The notes: generated by a model from the sequence alone, not told the origin. A stretch of 64,000 nucleotides of DNA from Eledone cirrhosa (GCA_964016885.1 OZ024741.1:195114001-195178000); one strand, 5' to 3'. Positions 15,702-29,403 are shown, numbered from the stretch's first letter. A program made the numbers and translations.

Positions 15702-16046
15702 CCTTTCTCCGCCCCATCTCTCTCTGCTCCCCTTACTACTTTCTCTCCTACTCACTTCCGTTTTCCTTCGTCTCTTCCTCTCAGCGCCTGTTCTCACTAC
15801 GACCAGACGTTATTTTCTCTCTCTCCCGCTTGTTGTTAGAACGGGTTCAGAACTTATGTTCGGCCTAAATATTAACCCCCCCCCCCCGGTTACTACCAAA
15901 CTTTCATGTACTGCTGCTTCGTCTTTTCCTCTTTCCCTATCGTAAGATGGATTGTCTTTCATGCGTTCGAAATATCAATGATCCACAGAAGATAGCCGAT
16001 GAGCTGGAATTGTCCTTGTGTTTGTATTTCTCTCATGTCTTCTAAA
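15702..16046 (+). mobile_element. Diverged member of the pyrimidine-rich non-coding repeat family carrying the scrambled-hammerhead motif
   Basis: CTCACT-rich tract, then tgtcttt..gcgttc-GAAATATC-aatgat..gaagatag-CCGATGA, resembling 26051, 45240 and 62984. Confidence 0.5.
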
Positions 16047-16061
16047 TTATATATATATATA

Positions 16062-19000
16062 TTGTTATGCTTTGGGAGGGTCATGTTGCTCATAAGAAAC
16101 ACACGCACCAGTTGTTCCACTCCAATTTATTATAAATTAAATTTATGAATTTAAGAATTTATAAATTTCCGGTTGGTTGGTTGGTTCCATAACCGGACGG
16201 TTGTTCATATAATGTCAAAGTTCTTTCGTCACACATTCTGTGACCTCTTCAGTGACTGGGGATTCTTTTCTTTGTTTTGTGCCTCTCCTTTGTTCTGTCC
16301 TACGCCATCTTGTTTTTGTGTGTGTTGTGTGCTTAGTTTGCGCATGTGTTACATCCGGGTGTCTGTGTGTGTTTTTATTTGTTTATTTATTTGTTTATTT
16401 ACATGTTACTAGTTAGTTGTTTGTTCTATGTGTGTGTGTGTGTTTTCATTTTGTCCTTAATTGTAAGTTGTAATGTTGCTATTCCATTCATGTTTTCTAT
16501 TTAATTTTGGTTGGAGTTCATTTATGTTTATTGCCTCTGTGATTTGTCTAAATATTGCGTCTTTTCTGTGTGTAGATTCTATTTTTATTTCTATGTTCAC
16601 TAATTTGCCCTTATGTTCTATTTTAGCATGTTGGTGGAGTATTGATGGTTCTTTTTTATCTTGAAGTTCTCGCCAGTTTTCATTTTACCGTTCTCCTATG
16701 CTACGAGCTGTCTCACCTATGTACACTATATTCTTATATTTACATTGTCCTTCAGTACATCTTATGCTATATACTACATTTCTAGTTTTACAGTTAATAT
16801 GGGGGCTTAGTTTACAGATTATGCATTTCTTATCTATACAGGGAGGTCTTTGAAAAGGGTATGTCTTGCTAATAAGTGTTTTTATGGAGGTACCTGGTCT
16901 TTCTACTAACTTAATATTAAGTTTATGTTTATCTAGGGCCCTTCTAAATTTGTAAGCTAATTCACCTCTAGGGGTTGTATTGATGAACATTACACTCTGG
17001 TATTTATTGCTATCATACCATGAGTTTATTCTATTAACCTTATTCCTAGTTCTTTCTATTCTATTCCAAAATTTGCTCCTATACAAGGGGCAGGTCCCAT
17101 TTGTATTATTATTTACCATTTTTTCCCATTTGGTTCTGGCTCCTCTATATACTCTGATTTTTATCTCTCTGATTGTAACCAGAGAACTGCATACGGTGGA
17201 TGATCATACGCCCCATCATTGAAATATCCCCAGATATATGTGACAGCACGGAGGACCTCCTCAACAGAATCAGCGAAAATAACCGATCTAGGGACTTAAC
17301 AGACTGTATAATAGGTAGTATGGATGTTGTATCCCTATATCCATCCATTGACGTGGATTTTGCTGTGGAGAAATGCGTAGAAATGATCAGTGAAAGCAAT
17401 GTTGAATTCCTTGGGATTGATACCAGTGGGACTCCTACTTAAACTTACCTATAGTAATGATTATCTAGATACATATGACCTTAGCAACCTGTGCCCTACA
17501 AGACCAGCAAGAGGCCAAGAAAACCCACACAGAAAGATGGAACGGGTGGACCAGAGCCATACGGACCCCCGAAAACCACGATGAACTAAAGAAAATGATT
17601 GCACATGCGGTGGGGGCCAGTATAAAATTAACCCTTAAGGAACATATGTTCAAATTTAATGGAAAAACATATGCCCAAGAGGAAGGGAGCAGCCATTGGT
17701 GTTACCATTGCAGGTGACATAGCCAACCTATTCATGGTATGGTGGGACAATAGACTTAAACTTAAACTTAAACTTAGCCTTAAAGTTTAAACTTAAACTT
17801 AAACTTAAACTTAAAGAACAATTAGAAGACAGCAACCTCTTAACCCTGATAATGTACTCCCGCTACGTTGATGATATAAACATCGTAGTAAAAACACCCC
17901 CACTAGAGAACAGTCAGGAATTAGAGAAAAACACCATGAAAAGCATCCAGCAAATAGCTAACTCCATCCACCAGAGTATTAGAGTTACTATAGACTACCC
18001 AAGCAAAGACCCCAACAATCGATTACCTGTACTAGACACAGAGTTCTGGTTAGAAACCATTAATAATAAAAAAAGAAATCCTCCATTCCCATTATGCCAA
18101 ATCCATGACTTCCAAATATCTGATCCACCGAAACTCAGCTGTTTCGGATCACACCAAAATCAACATACTGATTGCGGATTTGGTACGGGTGATGAGAAAC
18201 GTGTCCCACATGTGCAACCCCAAAGAACTAGAGACACATACAACACTTCATCTACCGTATGCAGTTCTCTGGTTACAATCAGAGAGATAAAAATCAGAGT
18301 ATATTGAGGAGCCAGAACCAAATGGGAAAAATGGTAAATAATGATACAAGTGGGACCAGCCCCTTGTATAGGAGCAAATTTTGGAATAGAATAGAAAGAA
18401 CTAGGAATAAGGTTAATAGAATAAACTCATGGCATGATAGCAATAAATACCAGAGTATAATGTTCATCAATACAACCCCTAGAGGTGAATTAGCTTACAA
18501 ATTTAGAAGGGCCCTAGATAAACATAAACTTAATATTAAGATTGTAGAAAGACCAGGTACCTCCATAAAAAACACTTATTAGCAATACATACCCTTTTCA
18601 AAGACCTCCCTGTATAGATAAGAAATGCATAATCTGTAAACTAAGCCTCCATATTAACTGTAAAACTAGAAATGTAGTATATAGCATAAGATGTACTGAG
18701 GGACAATGTAAAGATAAGAATATAGTGTACATATGTGAGACAGCTCGTAGTATAGGAGAACGATTAAATGAAAACTGGCGAGAACTTCAAGATAAAAAAG
18801 AACCATCAATACTCCACCAACATGCTAAAATAGAACATAAGGGCAAATTAGTGAACATAGAAATAAAAATAGAATCTACACACAGAAAAGACGCAATATT
18901 TAGACAAATCACAGAGGCAATAAACATAAATGAACTCCAACCAAAATTAAATAGAAAACATGAATGGAATAGCAACATTACAACTTACAATTAAGGACAA

Positions 19001-19434
19001 AATGAAAATACACACATAGAACAGACAACTAACTAGTAACATGTAAATAAACAAATAAATAAACAAATAAAAACACACACAGACACCCGGATGTAACACA
19101 TGCGCAAACTAAGCACACAACACACACACAAACAAGATGGCGTAAGACAGAACAAAGGAGAGGCACAAAACAAGGAAAAGAATCCCCAGTCACTGAAGAG
19201 GTCACAGAATGTGTGACGAAAGAACTTTGACAATATATGAACAACCGTCCGGTTATGGAACCAACCAACCGGAAATTTATAAATTCTTAAATTCATAAAT
19301 TTAATTTATAATAAATTGGAGTGAAACAACTGGTGCGTGTGTTTCTTATTGGCAACATGACCCTCCCAAAGCATAACAATATCGGTTTCAACGCAGGTTT
19401 TCAGATAAAGAATTTTGCTAAACAAATTCAGAAA

Positions 19435-19437
<3 letters not shown>
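16062..19437 (+). mobile_element. Penelope-like element (RT + GIY-YIG, frameshifted) with a 1.1-kb inverted duplication of its 3' part at the 5' end
   Basis: RT motifs IRPII, GSMDVVSLYPSI, SRYVDD; endonuclease NVVYSIRC..YIGETARSIGER. 16062-17200 is the reverse complement of ~18250-19380. HHRs at 16214-16256 (-) and 19189-19231 (+). Confidence 0.93.
19189..19231 (+). ncRNA. Minimal hammerhead in PLE pLTR (copies at 16214-16256 -, 35772-35816 -, 38032-38076 +)
   Basis: gtca-CTGAAGA-g gtcaca gaatg tgtgac-GAAA-gaac-TT^tgac. Confidence 0.8.
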
Positions 19438-19522
<85 letters not shown>

Positions 19523-19825
19523 GCATATATACATTTTAATTTATATTTTTAATTATTGTGTGTCAACCCTACCTTCCATAGATTATAGATTCCATACACT
19601 GGTGGTTTTACCTGTTTTATTGATGACACATTTTCTCTCTCAAGTGTGTTACCTTTTCAACATATTGTATTTTAAAGATCTTAGGATTCCTTCTCCTTTG
19701 AGCACATTATTGACAGGGAATAGCGAGAGTCTATGGCTCCGTTAATTTATCGTGATATATATATATATATATATATAATTATCCAGTCTTCTAAGAAATT
19801 TAGTAGTGAGGAGATTATTGATCTG

Positions 19826-19905
19826 AACATCCACTGAAGAGCACTTGAATTTTAACTCTCTCCATTTAATTGCGAAACAGTTCTACCAAAAGCTGTCTGC
19901 ATGTT
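19826..19905 (+). ncRNA. Type I hammerhead in solo TA-flanked repeat (19780-20020)
   Basis: aacatcca-CTGAAGA-gca..tgc-GAAA-cag..ctg-TC^tgcatgtt. Confidence 0.78.
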
Positions 19906-20059
19906 GCTAGTTATCATGATTCCGGTTGTAATTCTTAATTTATCCTTTTAATTGAGGCTAGCAAACCGTATTATCTTTAGTTAGTATTTTCTTCACCCTG
20001 GCGGTTTACGCCCCTTATAATTTGAACGCATATATGTATATGTGTTTGTCTCTCTTTAT

Positions 20060-20114
<55 letters not shown>

Positions 20115-20115
<1 letters not shown>

Positions 20116-21042
20116 GAAAAAATGAAACGAAATTTCATTTCCCACTCTTAGTACGGCTGTTACTTAAATATAAGTATGTACACCTACATACAATAGTATG
20201 TATATATATATATATATATATATACATACATGCACACATATATATATGTGCGTATGGATTCACCGAACATCTATTATAATGCTCGGTGTGTTTGTAAACA
20301 AACATCCCGTATTAAGCCGTAGTGTCTAGCAGCCATCGTTGCTCGTTTGTTCAACAATGATAAAGGAACGCTGTACTAGTTTCAAGCTTATTAGCTATCG
20401 TCAGCAACGTATACCTTCCTGCCAGAGTGTTGAACGTATATACTTACCTTATGCATATTAACGGCAGAGTAGCCCAATTTGCATATCGAGTGGGTTAATC
20501 GGCCGGGTGCACCGAAAACGATAAACGGAAAAAATGAAACGAAATTTCATTTCCCTCTCTTAGTACGGCTGTTACTTAAATATAAGTATGTACACGTACA
20601 TACATATATATATACAGACATACAATAGTATGTATATATATATATATACATACATGCACACATATATATATGTACGTATGGATTCACCGAATATCTATTA
20701 TAATGCTCGGTGTGTTTGTAAACAAACATCCCGTATTAAGCCGTAGTGTCTAGCAACCATCGTTGCTCGTTTGTTCAACACTGACAAAGTAACGCTGTAC
20801 TAGTTACAAGCTTATTAGCTATCGTCAGCAACGTATACCTTCCTGCCAGAGTGTTGAACGTATATACTTACCTTATGCATATTAACGGCAGAGTAGCCCA
20901 ATTTGCATATCGAGAGGGTTAATCGGCCGGGTGCACCGAAAACGATAAACGGAAAAAATGAAACGAAATTTCATTTCCCACTCTTAGTTACTTAAATATA
21001 AGTATGTACACGTTAATACATATATGTATACAGACATACAAT
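20115..21042 (-). repeat. Tandem ~412-424 nt HHR-bearing units (2.2 copies) at the 3' end of a PLE
   Basis: Units start at 20115, 20527 and 20951. HHR on minus strand acgttg-CTGACGA-t agct aata agct t-GAAA-ctag-TA^cagcgt at 20368-20410. The copy at 20792-20834 has GTAA in place of GAAA. Confidence 0.88.
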
Positions 21043-22830
21043 AGGAAACGGTGGAAGTGGTACAAATGAAAATAAATATGAAAAAAAATATGAAAAAATA
21101 ATAATAAAAATAAAAATAAACATGAAGATAAACAAGTGGTGGAAGGGTGCAGTGGGGAGAGGGAGGCGGGGTGTCCGAGCGGGAAGGGCTGAAGGTGGTT
21201 TGTGTGTATAGGTGTACGTGTGTGTGTGTGTGCGTGTGTGTGTGTGTGTATGTGAATGTGAGAGTTGGGGGACGAACGGGGTTCCATGTTCAGGAAAAGG
21301 TGTGTGTGGGGTGGGGTGTAGGTCGGTGTGTGTGTGTGCGTGTGTGGATGGGGAGGGGTCAGAGGGGCGAGAGGATTCCGGAGTCTGAGTGTGTAAATAT
21401 GTGGGGGTACGCACGTGTGTGTGGTGTTTATACGTATCGTGGATGTAGGTGGCGCGTGGGAAAAACATTTTTTGTGAGTGGGTAAGTTCCTAAGGTAGTT
21501 CCGTAGGGGTTTGGTGGGGTGCAGGATATTTTCCTTGTGATGGAGTTGATTCGTTGGAGCGAGGTCCAATGTGTGTAATCTGTGGTTGGGTTGGTCGGAA
21601 GAGGGGAGATGTGGGGTGCGCGCGCAACAGGAAGTGGTCAGAGGGTCAAGGCAGGAGGAGGGTTGTGTGTCTGTGTGTGCGGAGAGGTGGTCAGAGGGTC
21701 AGGGCATAGCAGCATTAGGAGAGAATGGCAGGTGGAGAAAGTCGGTGTGTCAGTGTGTGCGGAGGTGCGGTGGACAGGCGAGAGGATGGGTAGGTGTGAA
21801 AGGTGGAGTGGGGAGGGGGTCGTGCGGGGGAGGGGGTGTATTAGTAGAGGTGTTAGTGGGATGTGTGTGTGAAGGGGTGTGGGTGGAGCGGGGAGAGAGA
21901 GAGGTGTACTGGTGTGTGTGTGCGTGTTTGGATGAGTGTGTGTGTGCTGAAGGGGGTGTTAGTGGGTGTTAGTATACTGGTGGTGGGGAAAGGGTTGAAT
22001 GCGGGTGTGTTAGTGGGGGTCAGCGGTGGTAGGGTGTGTAGAGTGGGTGGTGTAAGTGGGTGTGGGTGGGTGTGTGTGTTCGTGTGCGTGGGGTCGGGGG
22101 GAGTGTGGGTCTGTAGGGTGAAGATGGTGCGTTGTTCGACCCTGAGGAGGGTGGCGTGTGTACCGTGGCATTGGAGTAGACCACAGACTGTGAGGTGGTG
22201 CGCGGGATGTCCATGGGAGCCAAAGTGGCAGGCGATGGGGGAACTACCGCCGAGACGAATATCCCGGGGGTGTTCGGTAAAACGGTCCGCCAGGCGACGT
22301 CCAGTCTGTCCGACGTAGGTTGCGCTACACTCCGTGCAGCAAAGTCCATAGACTAGGTTGGAGGAAGTGCAGCGGAAGGCGTGCCGGACAGAGAGAGAGT
22401 GGCCGTTGGGACCCTGGAAGGTGGTGGTGTTGGTGATGTGGGGACAGGTGTTGCAACGAGGCCTGGAACCGGGAAGGGAACCGGGTGGGGTGGGGGGAAA
22501 GAGAGCGTGGGTAGGGGGTAGGGAGCTGCGGACGAGGAGGGTGCGGAGATTGCGTGCGCGTTTGAAGGAGGGGAGTGGTGGGGCTGGGAAGATGTGGGAG
22601 GTGGAAGGGTCGGACTGGAGGCGTCGGAAGAGGCGAAGGATGGTGCGGTGGAGGGGTAGGGTGGAGGGGTGGTAGGTGATGAGGAAGGGGAGATGGTGGG
22701 TGGGTGGGCGGTGGCGTGGGGTGAGGGCGGTGGAGCGGTGGACAGCACGGGCGCGAGTGAGGGCGGTGTGGACGAGGGGGGTAGCCTCTGCGGATGAAAT
22801 GGCTGACTAGGGAAAGGGCCTGGGACTCAA
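21043..22830 (-). mobile_element. 5'-truncated Neptune-like PLE: thumb/linker + GIY-YIG, with a long CA-rich 3' UTR
   Basis: Manual translation in a frame missing from the ORF track: RGYP..FLITYHP..FKRARNLRTLLVRS..RCNTC..FRCTSSNLVYGLCCTECSATYVGQTGRRLADRFTEH. Confidence 0.88.
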
Positions 22831-22893
<63 letters not shown>

Positions 22894-22923
22894 AAAAAAT
22901 AGAGGTGTAACACACGAGTTGTG

Positions 22924-23607
22924 ATATATTAGTAAAAGGAAAAGAAAATGCTGACAAAATTTTCCCAGTGAAAAATAGTTTAATTAGGAATAAATATAAA
23001 TTAGTAATAAGTATTGGTTAGTATTCAGTTTTAGTTTTAAGTTTTTACCAGTTGCGCATTTCTAATGCTTTTCCAAAATAATTTTGAGATAGAGCGCTCG
23101 TGATGTTTGCTCTAAGCTGATCAGTTTTGGAAATTCTTCCTGTTTTATGTGAAAAAAGTGGCTCCAGAGGTATTAAGATTTGGTTGGTTGTTGAATGTCA
23201 CGTGAATGAGTACTAACACTCCTCGACAAACCTACATTTGGCGCAAAATCAATTTTTAACATTCACGTGACCTCTAAAATTGTTTTGACTACAAGAATTT
23301 TTGCAACACGAATTGGCGCGAAATTTATAGTACTCATTCACGTGACATTCAACAACCAACCAAATCTTAATAGAGCCACTTTTTTCACATAAAACAGGAA
23401 GAATTTCCAAAACTGATCAGATTAGAGCAAACATCACGAGCGCTCTATTGCAAAATTATTTTTGAAAAGCATTAGAAATGCGCAACCGGTAAAAACTTAA
23501 AACTAAAACTGAATACTAACCAATACTTATTACTAATTTATACTTATTCCTAATTAAACTATTTTTCACTGGGAAAAATTTGTCACCATTTCCTTTTCCT
23601 TTTACTA

Positions 23608-23612
<5 letters not shown>
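22924..23612. mobile_element. Fold-back PLE pLTR fragment (~290-nt inverted arms) with variant hammerheads
   Basis: 22924-23216 is the reverse complement of 23328-23612. ttt-TTGAAAA-gcatt aga aatgc-GCAA-ccgg-TA^aaa at 23459-23495. Sister copy at 54520-54710. Confidence 0.8.
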
Positions 23613-23691
<79 letters not shown>

Positions 23692-23732
23692 AAATAAATA
23701 AGTCAAATGTTTAAAATTTGGCTTCGTTTATT

Positions 23733-23789
23733 ACTGCTATATATATATTTCGGTGACAGCCATCTTTGGCTGTGACCACTTCAGGCAGT
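23733..23789 (-). ncRNA. Hammerhead motif (A9 mutated)
   Basis: Minus strand: actgc-CTGAAGT-ggtcacagcc..ggctgtcacc-GAAA-tatatata-TA^gcagt. Confidence 0.72.
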
Positions 23790-23931
23790 CCGAATTAGTG
23801 TGGTAGAGACGAGTACACATGTTGTTGAGGTGTTTAACTTTGTCAATACTCTGATATGCCCAGTTCCTGGTTGGGTTGTTATTTCACTGAGGAACTGGAA
23901 TCATATGAATTTAAACAAACGAATTTCAGCG

Positions 23932-24340
23932 CCCATTGGTCAGTTGTGAGAACATTTCTCAGTCAAAAGTCTATAGAAATTCGTTCTGAGGCGAGGCAAT
24001 CTGTAGTGGTTGTTCTTGTTATTGTTAAGTACATCTGACCTCTACTCTTATGTTGGTAGTGGTGTTGGTGTTCGAGTCAGCTCAAAAAAAAAATGATAAA
24101 GTGGTAGAAGGAATAAGATGGTAAAAGAACAAAATAAAATAAGATAATCAAATAAAATGTGTGTGTGTTATATCCCATCTCAATGTTAGAAAGATTTGTA
24201 AGGTCACTCCTCCCATTGGTCATTCCTCAGTCAAAAGTCTATAGAAATTCTTTCTGGGGTGAGGCTACCTGTAGTGTTTGTTTTTGCTTTTGTTAAGTAC
24301 ATCTGACCTCTACCTTATTTTGGTAGTGGTGTTGGTGCTG
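23932..24340. repeat. Diverged direct repeat (~135 nt, spacing ~280 nt)
   Basis: cccattggtca..ctcagtcaaaagtctatagaaattc..gttaagtacatctgacctctac..ggtagtggtgttggtg occurs twice. Confidence 0.8.
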
Positions 24341-24536
24341 TGGTCAGCCTAGGTCTTGTTGCTGTTGACATTTAGAAGTATCTGTGTGTGCTTCTTCATC
24401 CATCCTGCCACCATTTCTCGTGGTGGTGGTGGTGAGGGGGGGGGGCGTTGGCTGTGCCATCCATATGAAGAAATAGAAGGCAATAAAATAAAGAAAACAG
24501 AAAATAAATAATAAATAGAAAATAAATGAAAAATTA

Positions 24537-24981
24537 ATGAAAAATGAAAAATGAAAAATGAAAAATGAAAAATGAAAAATGAAAAATGAAAAATGAAAAA
24601 TGAAAAATGAAAAACGAAAAATGAAAAATGAAAAATGAAAAATGAAAAATGAAAAATGAAAAATGAAAAATGAAAAATGAAAAATGAAAAATGAAAAATG
24701 AAAAATGAAAAATGAAAAATGAAAAATGAAAAATGAAAAATGAAAAATGAAAAATGAAAAATGAAAAATGAAAAATGAAAAATGAAAAATGAAAAATGAA
24801 AAAATGAAAAATGAAAAATGAAAAATGAAAAATGAAAAATGAAAAATGAAAAATGAAAAATGAAAAATGAAAAATGAAAAATGAAAAATGAAAAATGAAA
24901 AATGAAAAATGAAAAATGAAAAATGAAAAATGAAAAATGAAAAATGAAAAAATAAAAATGAAAAATGAAAAATAAAAATGA
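24537..24981. repeat. (AAAAATG)n heptamer tandem repeat, about 60 copies
   Basis: Direct reading. Confidence 0.96.
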
Positions 24982-25458
24982 ACCTATGTATTAACTTGCC
25001 TATTATATTGCTACTCTGTTAATGTTGTTTTATACATGTATGTTATTGATGATGAGAAAGCTAGACAACCCTTTCATCTAATATAGACCACACAGATATT
25101 GAACCTAACACCACAAATATGACTATCCTCACTACCATGATAAATTTTTCATCTGTCAGATAATAAATGATTCTTACGGCCACCAGACCTACATTGTTTA
25201 AAGCCACCGTCTTATCTTTACACTATATATAATACACCCCATGACAGCTTTTACATGTCAATTTTATACATCTGCCTCATGTCAGCTAGTTTTACACGCT
25301 AAAATCGTAGATATACTATATTTCCCACCCAGATTGATGTTGTGATTATTTCAAATAATTTATTGCTAGCATTGTTAGTATTGTTGTTATTGTTCTGATT
25401 GAATGTCATTACTACTATATATAGTAGCCATGCCTGTATATTCTTTTCATTCTCACAA

Positions 25459-25564
25459 GCTCCGATGAATTGACTTGTTATAATTTTGTATTGGTGATCG
25501 AATAACGTGAAAACAAGCGGGTAGCGATCTCTAGACCTACCAGTTCAGAGAAACAATTGTCAGC
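25459..25564 (+). ncRNA. Hammerhead motif with ~80-nt stem II insertion (U4C)
   Basis: gct-CCGATGA-..-GAAA-caattg-TC^agc; palindromic stem III ACAATTGT. Confidence 0.55.
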
Positions 25565-25640
25565 AATGAGATTAAAAACCTTTTTTGTATAACAAACCGT
25601 GTCACTTTTCTTTCCTGATTTATATATATATATATATATA

Positions 25641-26183
25641 GTCTCGCTCATTTCTTCTCATGTTTTTTATATATATTTTCCCCAGCTGCGTTTGTCTGTT
25701 TCTCTCTTACTGCTTCCCCCCTCTCTCTGTTTCTCTCACCTTCTTTCGCCCCTCTGTCAGTTACACTTTCTCTCGACTGGCCTCTTTCTCGCACTTCCAC
25801 TCACTCACTCTCTGCTTCTCCCCTTCTCACTTCCTCCCGTTTGGCCTGAAGTGGGGTCCTTTCTTGCTCACACCTCACTCGCGTCGGACGGTCTGTAGTC
25901 TCTCGCCCAAGAAATCCACACAGCTAAAGCTGATCGGACTCCCATGTGCTTGTTTTTTCCTATCTTTGCGCTGCTATCCTTCTATGTTTGTTTACTTGTC
26001 TCGCTCGCTTTACGCGATTTACTGTCCCAATAGCTTTATTTAGCTATTGCTCGCACCAACTGGAGGTATATGATTTTTAAAGCGATGAAATACCAATGAA
26101 GGTTGGAAAATCACTGATGAAGGATTATTTTTATCATATGTAACCCATGTGCAACCACGCAGTATTCATTCTTCTCATATTTT
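25641..26183 (+). mobile_element. ~520-nt non-coding pyrimidine-rich repeat with terminal redundancy and scrambled-hammerhead motif
   Basis: Colinear with 44809-45376. cttctcat-tttt occurs at both ends. Motif at 26051-26120. TA-flanked. Confidence 0.75.
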
Positions 26184-26256
26184 ATATATATATATACGTC
26201 TAAAGGCTTGTGTGGGTATGTGTGTGTATATATATGTGTATATGTGTATACATATG

Positions 26257-26339
<83 letters not shown>

Positions 26340-26629
26340 GTGTGTGTATGTGTATATATATATTGTGAGTGTGTGTGTATGCATGTATACGTTTATGTGT
26401 GTGTATATATATATACGTATGTTTGCATATATATATGTGTATATATAATGCGTGTAAATATATATATTTATTCCCCCACCGCCACCACCACCACCACCAC
26501 CACCTTTCGTTGTCAACCCGTCCCTTTTTGCTTTTATTTTATTTCCTATCCCTGACTTTTGATTTTATTTATTTATATCTGGTCCCCCCAGCTACTTCCC
26601 AATGTATCGTTGCGCATATGTGAGTGAAA

Positions 26630-26905
26630 GATCACACGCATATGTATGTATTTGTATTTCCATGTAGACGCACATATATTTATGTGTGAATGTATGTTTA
26701 CGTTCTATTACGTATATGAGTGAGTTTGTGTATGTGTATGTATTTGGATATTTATTTATTAATTTTTTCCCCTCAATTTTTTGCCCGTTATTTTATTTCA
26801 GCCTCAGTTTCATTTATCCTATACTCTGTTTTCAAATCCATATTACTACTTCATAAATAAATATTTTTTCTGATGAATGAAGACAGACATAAATATCTGT
26901 CTTTA
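26630..26905 (+). mobile_element. Diverged, truncated relative of the 62040/52900 HHR repeat family
   Basis: Shares tgtagacgca, tattacgtatatg, gttttcaaatccatatt and CTGATGA-atgaagacagac..atctgtctt; GAAA half missing. Confidence 0.6.
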
Positions 26906-26929
26906 CATATATATAAAGTTCACATTTTC

Positions 26930-27547
<618 letters not shown>

Positions 27548-27720
27548 TATATATATATATATATATATATATCCCTTGGTAATGTGGTAGTAGTAGCAGC
27601 CAAAATAATAAAGGTTGGGTTGTCTCCTGTCAGTATCTGACTGACTGTTGAGTTTAAAAAAATGTTTTTCTGATTTTCCATGATAAAATGATATTACCAA
27701 TTTCTACTGCTTCTATTTTC

Positions 27721-27781
<61 letters not shown>

Positions 27782-27785
27782 ACAC

Positions 27786-27853
<68 letters not shown>

Positions 27854-28284
27854 CTGTCCTGATACATGAGTAGATAGTTAACATACAGTACTGGAGTTGC
27901 ATCATGTGGTTTTTTACGCGACATGATTTTATTATATATTTTCAGACAGTCTCTTTTAGGTAGACATATATTTAGCAATTCACCACTTTGTTCACATATA
28001 TGATCTAGTAGTGATGCGGTATGCATGTTTATTTTTCTGCTTCTCCCATATTCTTTTATGACCACGCCTCCTGACGATAAAACTTCAGTTCTCCTAGCAT
28101 CGGTTATTCCAATGTCTTGAAATTCCATGTACTGGCTCTTTTAGTTTTTGAAGCCATGGTTGGGGCACCATACAGGTTAGAATTAGCTTCCTTTAGCCAA
28201 TTTTGACTTGTATTCCCACCCAAAGTGTGATTTGGGCTTAAATTTAATACATACATACACACATATATATATATATATATATCC

Positions 28285-28620
28285 TGCTTTTAAATTTCCT
28301 TTTTGGCATATTATAAACAGTGGAACTTTGGTTATCGTGTCTTTGAGCTCTGCTGTTTATCGATTCCAACCGTGACCATCCCCACTGAAAGTTTCGTTAA
28401 ATAGTCTTTTTTGAGACTATACAGAGCATTTGTAGTTTTTCCAAATTGAAGGAGTATTTTAAACTTTATTTTATTCTGAGTTAAGGCTCTATTGATTTTT
28501 CCCTGGATGTTACCAAATTCTGTAGATGAATCTATATCCTGACTCCTTTTGAATTGAGTTTGAATTATTTTCCCACATCTTACGTTAACTATTTTTCCAT
28601 TTTGACGCTATAGTCACTTA
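28285..28620 (+). repeat. Interspersed repeat, with an inverted copy at ~56590-56925
   Basis: Shared ttgagctctgctg..tccaaccgtgaccatc..actgaaagttt..agactatacagagcatttg..tatatcctga. Confidence 0.75.
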
Positions 28621-28671
28621 TATATTATGGCATACTGTTGGCTTCTTGCTACAATAATTTCTATACTTTTC

Positions 28672-28808
<137 letters not shown>

Positions 28809-28822
28809 GGTGTTTGTGTATT

Positions 28823-28919
<97 letters not shown>

Positions 28920-29403
28920 ATTAGTGTGTGTCTGTTATCATACAATGTATACCATGTGCTTCTTTCGTCGTCTTCAGTTCTGTGTGTTAACGGGTGTAAG
29001 TGTAGATAGATTCATTCTCTCACTGAAGATCCAGATCGATTATCTACCTTCATCGACATTTGGTGAAATGTATTCATGATTTGTTAAGGATACGTATGAG
29101 GGAAATATATATGATTTTTATCAGGCATCTATATTTTAAAGTTTTGTTAAATTTTAACATGATACTCTAACGAACTAATATTTTTACATTCTATACAGAT
29201 TATCTCTTATTAAAGTTTGATATGTCTTATTATACATTTATATCATTAGATAATTATGGGTGTATATATGTGATTCACTATTTTGTAATGATTAAATGCT
29301 CGGATTTATTCTTTGATTTTTTTCTTTTAGCTTATTTTGGGAGACAAGACACATGTTCGAGATTATCTCAAACATGACATATATAACTTTGAATGTAATA
29401 TAT

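Noticed and set aside
21571-22748. Gly/Val- and Pro/Ser-rich ORFs listed in the track
   Set aside because: Off-frame or antisense readings of a C-rich PLE; the real frame encodes GIY-YIG.
24537-24981. Telomeric repeat
   Set aside because: AAAAATG is not the TTAGGG type expected in molluscs; the array is short and interstitial.
27860-28240. Possible host exon (minus-strand ORF 27694-28128)
   Set aside because: No recognisable domain; the ORF runs into microsatellite and has no supporting neighbouring exons.
29018-29080. CTGAAGA..GAAA hammerhead candidate (also 56821-56865 - and 62820-62855 -)
   Set aside because: Stem I or the CUGANGA box cannot be formed convincingly; not counted as complete ribozymes.
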